64,000 nt of DNA from Saprospiraceae bacterium (GTDB taxonomy: Bacteria > Bacteroidota > Bacteroidia > Chitinophagales > Saprospiraceae). The position numbers and the translations under genes are program-made. Shown here piece after piece: positions 7,952 through 18,570 of this stretch. The stretch spans positions 89,845-153,844 of the forward strand of contig CBDHHG010000051.1 in NCBI GenBank assembly GCA_965263225.1. The letters run 5' to 3'. Each line of letters starts with the position of its first letter. Position 1 is the stretch's first letter. The notes under the pieces are model-generated. The model was not told where the DNA came from, ran no database searches, and saw only the letters and a list, made by a program, of their open reading frames with translations.

Positions 7952-10573
7952 ATGTCTTCAAATCAAAGAATTATTCCCGTTAACATCGAGGATCAGATGA
8001 AGACTGCCTACATAGATTATTCTATGTCGGTAATCGTCTCCAGGGCCTTGCCTGATGTGAGAGATGGGTTAAAGCCTGTCCATCGACGTGTCTTATACGG
8101 GATGTCAGAATTGGGCTTAACCTTTGGAAAGGCTCCCAAAAAGTCGGCACGTATTGTCGGAGAGGTGTTGGGGAAATACCACCCGCACGGTGACTCTTCG
8201 GTATACGATACGATGGTCCGGATGGCTCAAGAATGGTCTTTACGTTATCCCTTAGTGGATGGGCAAGGAAACTTTGGTTCAATGGACGGTGATAGTCCAG
8301 CAGCCATGCGATATACGGAGGCCCGCTTACGCAGGATTAGTGACGAGATATTAGCAGATATCAACAAGGATACTGTCGATTTCGCTTTGAACTTTGATGA
8401 TTCCTTGGAGGAGCCTACCGTGCTACCCACGCGCGTGCCTAATTTGTTGATTAATGGTGCTTCTGGTATCGCCGTGGGGATGGCAACAAATATGCTTCCC
8501 CACAATCTAACAGAGGTAATTGATGGCATTACGGCAGCAGTTGATAAGCCGGAAATTACCGTTGATGAGCTGATGGAATTCATCAAAGCACCAGATTTTC
8601 CTACTGGAGGGACAATTTATGGGTATGCGGGCGTGAGAGATGCGTTTCATACCGGTAGAGGTCGGGTGGTATTGCGCGGTAAAGCGGATATTGAGACGGA
8701 AAGCAACGGCAGAGAAACGATTATCATCACGGAGATCCCTTATCAGGTGAATAAGGCCAATTTGGTAGCCAAGATGGCTGAGTTGGTTAATGACAAGAGA
8801 ATTGAAGGAATCACGGATTTACGAGATGAATCAGATCGCAACGGGCTGAGAATTGTGGTGGAGGTGCGCAGAGATGCGATGGCTAGCGTAATCTTGAGTC
8901 AGCTGTATAAGTACACGCCCTTACAGTCTTCTTATGGGGTGAACAATGTGGCACTAGTGAATGGTCGTCCGATGCTACTGAACCTCAAGGATATGATTGA
9001 GGAGTTCATCAAGTTCCGCTTAGAGGTAATTGTCCGTCGTACCAAATTCGATCTTCGGAAAGCCTTGGGTAGAGCGCATATATTGGTGGGACTATTGGTA
9101 GCACTAGACTATATAGATCATGTCATTACACTCATTCGAGCTTCTAAGACGCCAGAAGAAGCCCGGGAGGGCTTAATGAAAGGAGAATTCATCAAGGATA
9201 AAGAGGCGTTCTGGAAGAAGTTTGGCACCTTGATCGAAGAGGCACAAACGGATGAGTTGCAAGTGCTGGAAGGAAACGTCTTGTCTGAAGCACAAGCGCG
9301 TGCCATCTTAGATATGCGACTCCAGAAGTTAACTGGACTGGAGCGCGATAAGGTAAAGGCTGAATACGATGAGATTCAGGAAAGAATTGCGCATTTGAAA
9401 GCCATATTGGAGAGCGAAGATTTACAGCGTGAGATCATCAAGGAGGAACTAGCTTTTATCCGTGAGAAATACGGCGATGAGCGCCGCACAGATATTAATC
9501 TTGCTGGTGGCGACATTAGCATGGAAGACTTGATTAAGGATGAAGAGGTAATTGTCACGATTACTCACCTGGGCTATATCAAAAGGACACCAACTTCAGA
9601 GTACCGCACACAGAGCCGCGGTGGACGTGGGTCCAGAGGAAGCAAAACGCGTGATGAAGATTTCGTGGAGCACATTTTTTCTGCCACGAATCACAACTAC
9701 CTCCTCTTGTTCACGGAGCAAGGGAAGTGCCATTGGTTGCGTATTTATGAAATACCTGAAGCTGGCAAGAACTCCAGTGGTCGAGTGATTCAGAATATTT
9801 TGGCGATTCCTCCAAACGATAAAGTCAGAGCTTACATTATTGTCAAAGATCTGAAGGACGAGGACTTTATCAACCAGCATTATATTATGTTCTGCACCAA
9901 AAAAGGCGTGATCAAGAAAACCTTGGTGGAAGCCTTTTCCCGGCCGCGAGCAGGTGGAATTAATGCCCTGACGATCAACGAGGGAGACCAATTGTTGGAA
10001 GCCAGATTGACGAACGGCGGAAGTGAAGTCTTTATCGCCTCGCGAATGGGCAATGCGATTCGCTTTAATGAATCAGCAGTCCGGGCCATGGGACGAAGTG
10101 CAGCAGGGGTTCGAGGAATCTCCTTGCTGCCGGGAGAGGATAAAGTCGTCGGAATGATCTGCATTGATCCGTCCGATGTCGAAGTAACTATCCTGGTTGT
10201 ATCTGAAAAAGGGAACGGAAAACGTTCGGACTTCAATGATTATCGCCTCACAAATCGTGGAGGGAAGGGAGTCAAAACCATGCAGGTGACAGCCAAGACA
10301 GGACATGTAGTAGCCATTAAGGCCGTTCGCGAAGATGAGGACATCATGATCACGAATATTTCAGGTATTGTTATACGCATGCCTGTACAGGATATCAGAA
10401 TCATGGGGAGAGCCACGCAAGGTGTTCGTGTGATTAGGCTGGATGAAGGAGATGATATTGCTGATATTACCATTGTACCGGCAGCTGAGGATGAGGATGT
10501 TATTGATCCAGAAGGGGAAGAGGGGATGGATTCTGGGACCGATACGGATGATCAAAATGAGTCAGGAGATTAA
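7952..10573 (+). CDS. gyrA: DNA gyrase subunit A
   Basis: '[30 protein letters not shown]', '[13 protein letters not shown]', active-site '[10 protein letters not shown]', C-terminal beta-pinwheel repeats and an acidic tail. Confidence 0.98.
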   Translation: MSSNQRIIPVNIEDQMKTAYIDYSMSVIVSRALPDVRDGLKPVHRRVLYGMSELGLTFGKAPKKSARIVGEVLGKYHPHGDSSVYDTMVRMAQEWSLRYPLVDGQGNFGSMDGDSPAAMRYTEARLRRISDEILADINKDTVDFALNFDDSLEEPTVLPTRVPNLLINGASGIAVGMATNMLPHNLTEVIDGITAAVDKPEITVDELMEFIKAPDFPTGGTIYGYAGVRDAFHTGRGRVVLRGKADIETESNGRETIIITEIPYQVNKANLVAKMAELVNDKRIEGITDLRDESDRNGLRIVVEVRRDAMASVILSQLYKYTPLQSSYGVNNVALVNGRPMLLNLKDMIEEFIKFRLEVIVRRTKFDLRKALGRAHILVGLLVALDYIDHVITLIRASKTPEEAREGLMKGEFIKDKEAFWKKFGTLIEEAQTDELQVLEGNVLSEAQARAILDMRLQKLTGLERDKVKAEYDEIQERIAHLKAILESEDLQREIIKEELAFIREKYGDERRTDINLAGGDISMEDLIKDEEVIVTITHLGYIKRTPTSEYRTQSRGGRGSRGSKTRDEDFVEHIFSATNHNYLLLFTEQGKCHWLRIYEIPEAGKNSSGRVIQNILAIPPNDKVRAYIIVKDLKDEDFINQHYIMFCTKKGVIKKTLVEAFSRPRAGGINALTINEGDQLLEARLTNGGSEVFIASRMGNAIRFNESAVRAMGRSAAGVRGISLLPGEDKVVGMICIDPSDVEVTILVVSEKGNGKRSDFNDYRLTNRGGKGVKTMQVTAKTGHVVAIKAVREDEDIMITNISGIVIRMPVQDIRIMGRATQGVRVIRLDEGDDIADITIVPAAEDEDVIDPEGEEGMDSGTDTDDQNESGD

Positions 10574-10677
10574 CAAAATTTAACAGACGGGCAATCGATT
10601 TTAACACTAAATAAGTACCTTCGTACGTAGTTTGTTCGTCAAAACAATGGTTTTTAAACAAAATATCAAATCTGAAT

Positions 10678-12012
10678 ATGATGAAAAAGATTTTCTTAAC
10701 CTGTTTATCTCTTCTACTAGTTTTAGGTAGTGTACAGGCACAGGCTGGTAAAAAGGCCCTTAAGAAAGCCTCACAGGCTATAGCGGCTTTCAATCTAGAT
10801 CAAACCAACAAAGCGAAGTTACAGGAAGCTTTAGATCAGATCCAAGTTGCTGAAGCTGATGCGGAGACTGCTAGCACCATCAAAACATGGTTGAAGAAAG
10901 GAGAGATCTATGGAGTTATCGCTACTCAGATCACAAATATCAAAACGCTAGGTATCGGAGATGCCAGTGAATTACCTAGCGTAGACAGACCCGCTTATAA
11001 TTCGTTTCTAGCTTTTGAGAAAGCCTTCGGAATGGCAGAGAAAAAGTATGAGAAGAAGGATGCGCTGAAAGGGCTCGCGATGGCACAAGGTACTTTGTCA
11101 AACATGGGCATTTATGCTTACGACGAGCAAAAGTATGCTGAAGCCTACGAGAATTTCAATGCGGTATTAACTGCTCATGATATGCTTAAGGCCAATGGCG
11201 GTGAAAGTGCGCTAGATGCATCTCCTGGTCAATTGGATGAGCAAAAGTATATCACAGGTTTGGCTGCTCTAAATGCAGATAAGGCTGCTGAGGCTAGCAA
11301 GCTTTTTCAAGAGCTATACAAAGCTAACTATGACAAGCCTGCGATCTACGAAGCGTTGTACAAAATTGAATCAGGTAAAACTTCTGAGGCTGATGCATAT
11401 CAATACTTAGAGGCTGGCCGTAAGAAATATCCAGATGATGTATCACTTTTGTTCGCTGAAATCAACCACTTTTTGAAGCTGAATAAGCTTGACGTACTGA
11501 TCACTAAGTTGGAGTCTGCTATTGATAAAGAGCCAGACAACATGTCTCTATACGCTACTTTAGGTAATGTGTTTGATAACCTATACCAGAGAGAAGCTGA
11601 AGCTGGAAATGCTGATAAAGCAGATGAATACTTCAATAAGGCACTTGAGCGTTACAATCAGGCTTTAGCAAAAAATCCTAAATACTTTGATGCGATCTAC
11701 AGTATTGGAGCTTTGTATTACAACAAAGCAGCTGCCATGACGAAGAAGTTGGTAGAATTAGAAGGAGACTACTCTAAGGATGGCTTGAAAAAGTATGAAG
11801 ATATGAAGAAGAAAGTATTCACGCAGTTTGATGAAGCACTTCCCTTCTTCAAGAAAGCGGAGAAGTTGAACCCTAATGATGCAAATACTTTGATTGCCTT
11901 GAAAGAGATCTTTGCTCGCAAGGATGATTTAGCTACTTCTAATGAGTTTAAAACTCGCTTGGAGAAAGTTCAAGGAGGGGGCAAAAATGATGCTTCCTAC
12001 TTCAATGAGTAA
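10678..12012 (+). CDS. Secreted TPR-repeat protein
   Basis: Signal peptide 'MMKKIFLTCLSLLLVLGSVQAQA' followed by repeated A/Y/L-rich TPR-like helices. Confidence 0.75.
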   Translation: MMKKIFLTCLSLLLVLGSVQAQAGKKALKKASQAIAAFNLDQTNKAKLQEALDQIQVAEADAETASTIKTWLKKGEIYGVIATQITNIKTLGIGDASELPSVDRPAYNSFLAFEKAFGMAEKKYEKKDALKGLAMAQGTLSNMGIYAYDEQKYAEAYENFNAVLTAHDMLKANGGESALDASPGQLDEQKYITGLAALNADKAAEASKLFQELYKANYDKPAIYEALYKIESGKTSEADAYQYLEAGRKKYPDDVSLLFAEINHFLKLNKLDVLITKLESAIDKEPDNMSLYATLGNVFDNLYQREAEAGNADKADEYFNKALERYNQALAKNPKYFDAIYSIGALYYNKAAAMTKKLVELEGDYSKDGLKKYEDMKKKVFTQFDEALPFFKKAEKLNPNDANTLIALKEIFARKDDLATSNEFKTRLEKVQGGGKNDASYFNE

Positions 12013-12032
12013 TCAGACTATCGACCTTTGAA

Positions 12033-12078
12033 TGATAAAAAAATCCGATGACCTGTGGGTCATCGGATTTTTTTATCA
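12033..12078. terminator. Bidirectional rho-independent terminator between convergent genes
   Basis: Perfect 20-nt arms TGATAAAAAAATCCGATGAC / GTCATCGGATTTTTTTATCA with a 6-nt loop. A- and T-tracts flank the GC core. Confidence 0.85.
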
Positions 12079-12102
12079 TTTTTTCTTTTTCGATGGCATC
12101 TA

Positions 12103-12510
12103 CTAATCGATTTCACTGTCTTCCTGTTCTTTTAGCCACTTGAACTCGTCAATTGTCCTACGTTCTTTTTTGGTAGGCCTACCTGCACCTTTCTCCCGTT
12201 TTTCAGCCGCCGCTTTACCCACAAACCAGTCTTGGTACTTATTCAGTTCTTCTGCTGGCGTTAGATCTTCATAGCATTCCTGAGCTAAGGGCGCAGAAAC
12301 CCTTTTCTGAATTAAATCGATCACTTTGAACTGAAGATTGAAACCATTTTTGCGTACCTCGACCAATTCTTCTCTCTCAAGCATATAAGAGGGCTTTACA
12401 TTTGCTCCCTTTATCTTGACTTTACCTGATTTGCAGGCATCTGTGGCGATTGTTCTGGATTTGAAAATTCGGACACTCCAGAGCCATTTATCGATTCTAA
12501 CTTTATCCAT
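12103..12510 (-). CDS. RNA-binding S4-domain protein (Hsp15-like)
   Basis: 'VRIDKWLWSVRIFKSRTIATDACKSGKVKIKG' is an S4 alpha-L motif. Confidence 0.85.
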   Translation of the reverse strand: MDKVRIDKWLWSVRIFKSRTIATDACKSGKVKIKGANVKPSYMLEREELVEVRKNGFNLQFKVIDLIQKRVSAPLAQECYEDLTPAEELNKYQDWFVGKAAAEKREKGAGRPTKKERRTIDEFKWLKEQEDSEID

Positions 12511-12518
12511 TCAGCGCT

Positions 12519-13259
12519 TTATTCTTCCTTGAGCGGTGGATACTGCATGTCTAGTTTTTCCAGCCGTTCCACCATGGTTTTGGCAACAATGTAATCTCGA
12601 TACCATCTGCTATCCACGGGGGTAATGATCCACGGGATTTCGCTACGGTTGAGCATGTCTTCGTAACAACGCATATATTCGTCCCAATGTTCCCGTTCCT
12701 TCCAATCCCCAGGATTGTGTTTCCAGTGCTTGTCAGACTCCTCGATTCTTTCCTTGAGTTCTAGTTCTTGTTGGGCGTGTGAAATATGGAGATAAAACTT
12801 AAAGATGATGGTGTTGTTGTCAAAAGTCAACAGGTTTTCAAAAGCATTGATAGCTCGATATCTATTGTCGACTCTCTCTTCATCAATCCAGCCATGCACG
12901 CGTTGGATTAACACATCCTCGTAGTGAGATCGATTGAATATTTTTATTTGGCCTTTTGCCGGAGCTTGTTTGTGCACTCGCCAGAGGAAGTCATGGGCAA
13001 ATTCTTCATCCGTAGGTTTCTTGAAAGAATACACACCAAGTCCGCTCGGATTGCACTCCTGGAATACATTACGCACAGCACCATCCTTACCGCTTCCATC
13101 CATACCTTGGAAAATCACCAGAACAGAATGTTTTTGTTGGGCAATGAGAAGTGCATGTAATTCGCCCAATCGATCAACCAGATCTTTAGTCAGTTCTCTT
13201 GTCTTTTTTTTATCTAACTCTTGTGGAGGTTTTGTCGAATAGTCTTTGAGTTTGATCAT
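12519..13259 (-). CDS. Polyphosphate kinase 2 family protein (single-domain PPK2)
   Basis: Walker A-like 'VIFQGMDGSGKDGAVRNVF', 'FLWRVHKQAPAKGQIKIFNRSHYEDVL', 'SRWYRDY'. ATG start chosen; an upstream GTG at 13283 is possible. Confidence 0.85.
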   Translation of the reverse strand: MIKLKDYSTKPPQELDKKKTRELTKDLVDRLGELHALLIAQQKHSVLVIFQGMDGSGKDGAVRNVFQECNPSGLGVYSFKKPTDEEFAHDFLWRVHKQAPAKGQIKIFNRSHYEDVLIQRVHGWIDEERVDNRYRAINAFENLLTFDNNTIIFKFYLHISHAQQELELKERIEESDKHWKHNPGDWKEREHWDEYMRCYEDMLNRSEIPWIITPVDSRWYRDYIVAKTMVERLEKLDMQYPPLKEE

Positions 13260-13289
13260 ATTAGGTCTTTTGTACTGTAGCACTAAGAT

Positions 13290-14219
13290 TTAGGTTCGCA
13301 TTTTGGAACGTTTCACCAGGTAGGCTTGTAGAATTTGCCGAAAACCCTTATGGATATCAGCTTCTACAAAATCAATTTGGTATTGTAGGCACCTCAATTT
13401 CAGTTCTTGGGTAAAGGCCTGAATTTGTTTTTGGTAAGTTTCCTTGACCTGATTAGGTTGTAGCCTAACTCGTTCTCCGGTTTCCATATCAACGAAAAGA
13501 TAAGGCCTATTCTTGAAGTCGAAATCCACTTCTTTAGATTTGTCTACTACATGAAATAGGACAACTTCATGTTTGTTATGCTTTAAATGTTGCAGAGCAG
13601 AAAACAGTTTTTCCGTATTTTCTGATTGCTCGAACATGTCACTAAAGATGATGACCATCGATCTTTTGTGAATACTGTCAGCTATTTGGTGTAAGGCTTT
13701 GGCAGCAGCCGTTGTTTTATTGTGTTCTGGCGTACGGATTAGTCGGTCTAGATAGGTTAGTAACAACCGATAGTGCTTAGTACTAGATTTTGCTCGGGTA
13801 TGCTCCCGCAATTGCTCATCGAAGACGCTTAGACCAAAGGCATCCCGTTGCTTTTGCAAGAGGTTCATTAGAGCAGCACTTGCCAAAGCCGAAAATCTAA
13901 GCTTATTTATATAAGAAGGGTCCTCCTGTTTACCTTCTGGGAAGTACATAGAAGAGGAGGCATCTACAATGATTTGGCACCTTAGATTTGTTTCTTCTTC
14001 AAAGCGCTTGGTAAACATTTTATCCGTACGAGCATAGACCTTCCAGTCAATATTTCTGGTGGATTCACCTTGATTATAAAGTCGATGTTCCGCAAATTCT
14101 ACTGAAAAACCATGGAACGGACTCTTGTGTAAGCCGATGATAAATCCTTCCACCACCTGCTTCGCTAGTAATTCCAAATTCCCTAAATCTCTGACCTCAA
14201 GGCTATCCAATAAATTCAT
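13290..14219 (-). CDS. DUF58 (vWA-like) domain protein
   Basis: 'FHGFSVEFAEHRLYNQGESTRNIDWKVYARTDKMFTKRFEEETNL' is the DUF58 signature. Confidence 0.85.
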   Translation of the reverse strand: MNLLDSLEVRDLGNLELLAKQVVEGFIIGLHKSPFHGFSVEFAEHRLYNQGESTRNIDWKVYARTDKMFTKRFEEETNLRCQIIVDASSSMYFPEGKQEDPSYINKLRFSALASAALMNLLQKQRDAFGLSVFDEQLREHTRAKSSTKHYRLLLTYLDRLIRTPEHNKTTAAAKALHQIADSIHKRSMVIIFSDMFEQSENTEKLFSALQHLKHNKHEVVLFHVVDKSKEVDFDFKNRPYLFVDMETGERVRLQPNQVKETYQKQIQAFTQELKLRCLQYQIDFVEADIHKGFRQILQAYLVKRSKMRT

Positions 14220-14284
14220 ATACAGTAACGGGTTTGGTACGTTTGAGTTGGCAAAAGAAGCTTGATCTTGTTTGCCTTTCTGCT

Positions 14285-14326
14285 AAAAATTAAGTCCCTA
14301 CTCCGAAATATACGAAGTAAGGACTT
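14285..14326 (-). terminator. Terminator downstream of trxA
   Basis: Arms AAGTCCCTACT / AGTAAGGACTT (1 mismatch), followed on the minus strand by a TTTTT run. Confidence 0.65.
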
Positions 14327-14359
14327 AAACTGTCTATATTTTTCTGCTGTAAATACAGA

Positions 14360-14683
14360 TTAAGCAACTTGCATTAGTGCTTTGTCTATCTTTTCAGCTA
14401 GTTTGTTCTTGGTAGTTACACCTACTTGCTTGTCAACAACCTCTCCATCCTTAAGGATCAAAATTGTTGGAATACTGCGGATGCCGAACTTCATAGAGAT
14501 TTCGGGATTATCATCCACGTTGACTTTGCCAATGACGGCTTTATCTTCGTAATCGGAGGCAAGTTCTTCGATGATGGGACCAATCATTCGGCATGGCCCG
14601 CACCACTCAGCCCAGAAATCAACTACTGCTACTCCTTCTGCAGACTCTGTGTCGAAGTTTTTATCGGTGAATTCGAATGCCAT
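14360..14683 (-). CDS. trxA: Thioredoxin
   Basis: 'VVDFWAEWCGPCRMIGP' carries the WCGPC active site. Length is 107 aa. Confidence 0.95.
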   Translation of the reverse strand: MAFEFTDKNFDTESAEGVAVVDFWAEWCGPCRMIGPIIEELASDYEDKAVIGKVNVDDNPEISMKFGIRSIPTILILKDGEVVDKQVGVTTKNKLAEKIDKALMQVA

Positions 14684-14752
14684 TTCCTGTAGTTTTTGAA
14701 CGGTTACTTAATAAATGCTTCTTTTTGAACAGCTTTTTACCATTATTGGTTG

Positions 14753-14760
14753 CAAATATA
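14753..14760 (-). promoter_or_regulatory. -7 box (TATATTTG on the minus strand) upstream of trxA
   Basis: The reverse complement of CAAATATA matches TAnnTTTG about 70 nt upstream of the trxA start. Confidence 0.5.
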
Positions 14761-14898
14761 GAGATAAACTTGTAATGAAGCTGTCGAATCAGAGACATTC
14801 TTTGGACGATGAAATCCTAAAATAGTTACATTACATTTCTTTTTTAACTTGCCCAGATCTGGACCAAGCGTTTCAGGTCAACGGTATTTTGATGAGCT

Positions 14899-15981
14899 AT
14901 GCAGCTAAAACGAAAACTCTTCTGGATTGGGATTGGGATATTGAGCTTATTGCTTCGTTGGATTGGTTCATTAGAACCTCAATGGATAGAACAAATTTAC
15001 AGCCGATTCATTTTTATTCCTATTAGATTTTTATATGATATTCTTTTGGGGTGGCTTCCCTTTCCTTCCATATATCTATTCTTTCTTCTGATTGGATTTT
15101 GGCTAGTAAAAACAGTTGGAAAAATTCGTAAATATTCTCCCAATTGGATTCCTCGCCTAGGCTATGCTGCTGTAAGTTTTGTTGCTTTCCTATCGCTCTT
15201 GATTTTTGCCTTCCTATTCCTATGGGGCTACAACTACGGGAGGGTTTCATTGGAGGAGCAAATCGGTATCAATCCGAAGCCATTGGATAAGGAACAAATA
15301 TGGCTGGCTTTGCAGGCAGAAACGGAAGAGCTTGTCGCCCTTAGAAGTCAGATTCCCGGAGCAGGGGAGGAGGCCTTGGATCGAAGCCATCATCCTCAGC
15401 AGTTGGAAAGGCGTTTACGTACTCTACTTAAAACTTGGTTAAAAGAAAATGATTATCCTGCTTACAGCAATGCCCGCGCTTACAAGATTTACCCCAAAGG
15501 AATCTTTATGCGATTCAGTTCCTCCGGCTTGTACTTCCCATTTACTGGGCAAGGACAGGTAGATGCAGGATTACATCCACTCCAATGGCCCTACGTAATG
15601 ACTCACGAAATGGGGCATGCTTACGGTTTTGGGGATGAGGGCACCTGTAATTTCCTAGCTTACGTAGCCTGTGCGGCATCAGATGATCCCGCGATTGCTT
15701 ATATGGGAAGATTAGCGTACTGGCGTACTTTAGCCACTAGCTATTTGCGCTATGAAAGAGAAGCCTACCAAAGTTTTCGAGCGGCGCTTCCGATAGGTAT
15801 GCAGGCAGACCTTAATGCGATCAATGAAAACCTCAGAGCCTACCCGGATATTATGCCCAAAGCACGTTATGCGGCTTACGATGCCTACCTGAAGGCACAA
15901 GGTATCAAGGAGGGGATGTTGAACTATAGCAGGGTTATGATGTTGGTTCAAGCCTGGAAGGCCAAACATTCCATGAATTAG
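14899..15981 (+). CDS. DUF3810-like membrane protein with an HExxH zinc-metalloprotease motif
   Basis: N-terminal TM helices and 'VMTHEMGHAYGFGDEGTCNFLAY'. Confidence 0.7.
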   Translation: MQLKRKLFWIGIGILSLLLRWIGSLEPQWIEQIYSRFIFIPIRFLYDILLGWLPFPSIYLFFLLIGFWLVKTVGKIRKYSPNWIPRLGYAAVSFVAFLSLLIFAFLFLWGYNYGRVSLEEQIGINPKPLDKEQIWLALQAETEELVALRSQIPGAGEEALDRSHHPQQLERRLRTLLKTWLKENDYPAYSNARAYKIYPKGIFMRFSSSGLYFPFTGQGQVDAGLHPLQWPYVMTHEMGHAYGFGDEGTCNFLAYVACAASDDPAIAYMGRLAYWRTLATSYLRYEREAYQSFRAALPIGMQADLNAINENLRAYPDIMPKARYAAYDAYLKAQGIKEGMLNYSRVMMLVQAWKAKHSMN

Positions 15982-16331
15982 CCTCCTGAGCGTTTGGTTT
16001 GGCTGTAGCCTTGATCCTTTAAATAATCGACAACCTTGTTTCGATGATCTCCTTGTAAGAGAATCTCTCCATCCTTGACGCTACCGCCTACGCCACATTT
16101 ACTCTTCAGAGCCTTGCCAAGGTCTTTAAGATCAGCTTCTGGTCCAACAAAGCCAGTGACTAAGGTTACCTCTTTACCTTTGCGTTTTTTGCGATCTAAG
16201 CTGACACTTAAACGTTGTTGATTGGCTGGGAGTGCTTCACTTTCCTCCTGCTCATTAAAGCTATAATCATAATCAGGATCTGTGGAGAAGACAATGCCAA
16301 TACGATTCTTCTTACTTTTCTTTGCCATCAT
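15978..16331 (-). CDS. SUI1/YciH-family translation initiation factor
   Basis: 'RKKRKGKEVTLVTGF...LKDLGKALKSKCGVGGSVKDGEILLQGDHRNKVVDYL'. Confidence 0.9.
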   Translation of the reverse strand: MMAKKSKKNRIGIVFSTDPDYDYSFNEQEESEALPANQQRLSVSLDRKKRKGKEVTLVTGFVGPEADLKDLGKALKSKCGVGGSVKDGEILLQGDHRNKVVDYLKDQGYSQTKRSGG

Positions 16332-16356
16332 ATAGATTTACTTTGACTAATAACCA

Positions 16357-17268
16357 TTAAAACAAAAAACCGAGCGCAAAGATCGGAATTAAAGTTGATT
16401 CTATATCTGTATCTGGTAAGCCTGCCAGATCCATTTCCAGTTTGAAATTTCCTTTTTGCCACACCGTGCCAATCGCTGGAATGAAGGCACCTTCATCAGC
16501 TCCGAACACCATTTCAAAATGCAATCTCCATTGGGGGGCTATCCTATATCCCCCGCCAATAGATCCAATGAAGATATCATCATTGAATGAATCCAAGGCA
16601 ACAAAGGCGCCAAGGGTTAGATTGAGGAACTGATCAGGGTTTCCAGTAGTCAAGATCGCATAAGTATGTGCTACTCCTTCAATCCCTGTGATATCCGTTA
16701 ATGGGAAAATCATATTTACACCTGCTCCAATATGCAATGATCTGCCAACTGGTGTAGTAACTTTTAGCCGAAGAATACCAATATCAGGAAGGGCGAATCC
16801 ACCGCCGATGGAGAGGTCTTTGGTTACGCTAACATCTGCCAAGTTGACGATAAAGGCAAAACTCCTAAACTCCCCATCCCCCTTATCATAGTTGAAAGCC
16901 GTCGAACTATAGATCAAATTCTCAGCGCCAATGCTCTTTCTTTCTCCTATTCCAAATGGCCCCTCCTTGAATTGTCGATGCCATTGCTTGCTACCATCCA
17001 AACTTTCTTCCTGCCAGGTAATAATGGAAACCACCTCCTTAAAAGTAAAAGTGAGTTCATCTCCATTGCCTAGTGTAAAGAATAGCTGAGTACTTCTGAT
17101 GTCCTTTAGCTGTCCTACGAAGCGGTCACCTCGCTTGGTTCTTAGTATATGTACCTGCGTGGAGTCCTGCAAATTCAACTGATGACTAAAGTATTGAGTA
17201 TAGGCAGTGGGTAGAAAGCTGTACGTCAGGCAATAGCAAATAAGAAGTTTCAATAGTCTTGTAAACAT
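16357..17268 (-). CDS. Hypothetical secreted / outer-membrane protein
   Basis: N-terminal signal-like segment, alternating beta-strand pattern and an aromatic C-terminus '...FALGFLF'. Confidence 0.5.
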   Translation of the reverse strand: MFTRLLKLLICYCLTYSFLPTAYTQYFSHQLNLQDSTQVHILRTKRGDRFVGQLKDIRSTQLFFTLGNGDELTFTFKEVVSIITWQEESLDGSKQWHRQFKEGPFGIGERKSIGAENLIYSSTAFNYDKGDGEFRSFAFIVNLADVSVTKDLSIGGGFALPDIGILRLKVTTPVGRSLHIGAGVNMIFPLTDITGIEGVAHTYAILTTGNPDQFLNLTLGAFVALDSFNDDIFIGSIGGGYRIAPQWRLHFEMVFGADEGAFIPAIGTVWQKGNFKLEMDLAGLPDTDIESTLIPIFALGFLF

Positions 17269-17511
17269 AGCTCAATGATGGTTTCAGGAAGGCTAAGCTA
17301 GCAAAAATCTCCTGGCTTTCCTTGATGGTTTTTTCGGTAGAAGAAAGGGAGGAAGATTTTTCGAGACCAAAAGCCATTACAGGCGTCTAAATCATAGTAT
17401 TTTTTTACATTGCCGCAGTTTTGGCGGAGGCCTCACCAAACCTTTGAAACTGGAGTTCCAAAGATCACGGCCCTTCCCCAGTATTATTTTGTCCTATACC
17501 AAATTAGACTT

Positions 17512-18447
17512 ATGAAAGTAGCTCAACAGTTGGCTAGCAATATTCTAATGGTGCGGCCAGCTCATTTCGGCTTTAATCCTGAAACGGCAAATAACAATGC
17601 ATTTCAATCGAACGAGGGAAATTTATCGGTTGAGGAGATTTCGGCTGCTGCCATTGCCGAGTTTGATTCTTTTGTAGACAAACTACGTACCTATCAGATC
17701 CAAGTTCTAGTAATACAGGATACAGATATTCCCCTAAAGACAGATGCTGTCTTTCCCAACAATTGGGTCAGCTTTCACGAAGATGGCCTGGTGCTGACCT
17801 ACCCCATGTTTTCACCGAACCGGCGCTTGGAGCGCAGAACGGACATCATTGAAACGATTGGTGAACAGTTTGAGATCAACACTTGGATCAAACTTGAGAA
17901 CCACGAGTTAGCAGGGAAATATTTGGAGGCTACTGGCAGCATGATTCTAGACCGAACCAACCAAATTGCCTATGCTTGCCATAGTGATCGCACCCATCCG
18001 GAGTTATTTGCAGATTTCTGCAAAAGCATGAACTTTACCCCACTGCTTTTTACTGCTCAGGATCAAGAAGGGAAGGATATCTATCACACGAATGTAATGA
18101 TGGCAATAGACGAAACACTAGCTATCATTTGCCTAGAGGCTTTGCCGAATGAAGAAGAAAGAGCACGGGTAGAACAATCCTTGAAGGATTCTGGCAAGGA
18201 GATCATAGCCATCTCGTTTGCCCAGATGAACGCATTTGCAGGGAATATGATAGGGGTTAAAAACGCTGAAGGAGAAACTTTTTTAATCATGTCCTCTGCG
18301 GCTTACCACTCATTGGATATGCAACAGACTGAACGGATTTTGGCCCACACTGCAATTATTCATAGCTCATTGGAGCATATAGAAAAATATGGTGGGGGTA
18401 GTGCTAGATGTATGATAGCGGAGATTTTTCTGCCTAAAAAGACCTAG
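17512..18447 (+). CDS. Amidinotransferase-superfamily hydrolase (CtlX / arginine deiminase-related)
   Basis: 'MVRPAHFGFNPETANNNAFQ' and C-terminal 'GGGSARCMIAEIF' with a catalytic Cys. Start set at the internal ATG (MKVAQQL). Confidence 0.75.
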   Translation: MKVAQQLASNILMVRPAHFGFNPETANNNAFQSNEGNLSVEEISAAAIAEFDSFVDKLRTYQIQVLVIQDTDIPLKTDAVFPNNWVSFHEDGLVLTYPMFSPNRRLERRTDIIETIGEQFEINTWIKLENHELAGKYLEATGSMILDRTNQIAYACHSDRTHPELFADFCKSMNFTPLLFTAQDQEGKDIYHTNVMMAIDETLAIICLEALPNEEERARVEQSLKDSGKEIIAISFAQMNAFAGNMIGVKNAEGETFLIMSSAAYHSLDMQQTERILAHTAIIHSSLEHIEKYGGGSARCMIAEIFLPKKT

Positions 18448-18562
18448 GCATTCCCAGTCAGCATGCATGTCTTGATAGCTAGCAAAAAAGAGATTTAATA
18501 TTATTGGTCTTAAAGTGAACTTAGCCTATGTTTTCAGTCCAGCAATAGATCGGATTTTGAAC

Positions 18563-18570
18563 TATATTTG
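18563..18570 (+). promoter_or_regulatory. -7 box (TATATTTG) upstream of the cupredoxin/lamin-tail-domain T9SS gene
   Basis: Exact TAnnTTTG about 90 nt upstream of the ATG at 18660. Confidence 0.5.

Noticed and set aside
9596-10236. Several 118-131-aa minus-strand ORFs inside gyrA
   Set aside because: They are antisense to an unambiguous, highly conserved gene and have no recognisable motifs.
12934-13242. 78-102-aa plus-strand ORFs inside the PPK2 gene
   Set aside because: They are antisense shadow ORFs within a gene that has clear PPK2 motifs.
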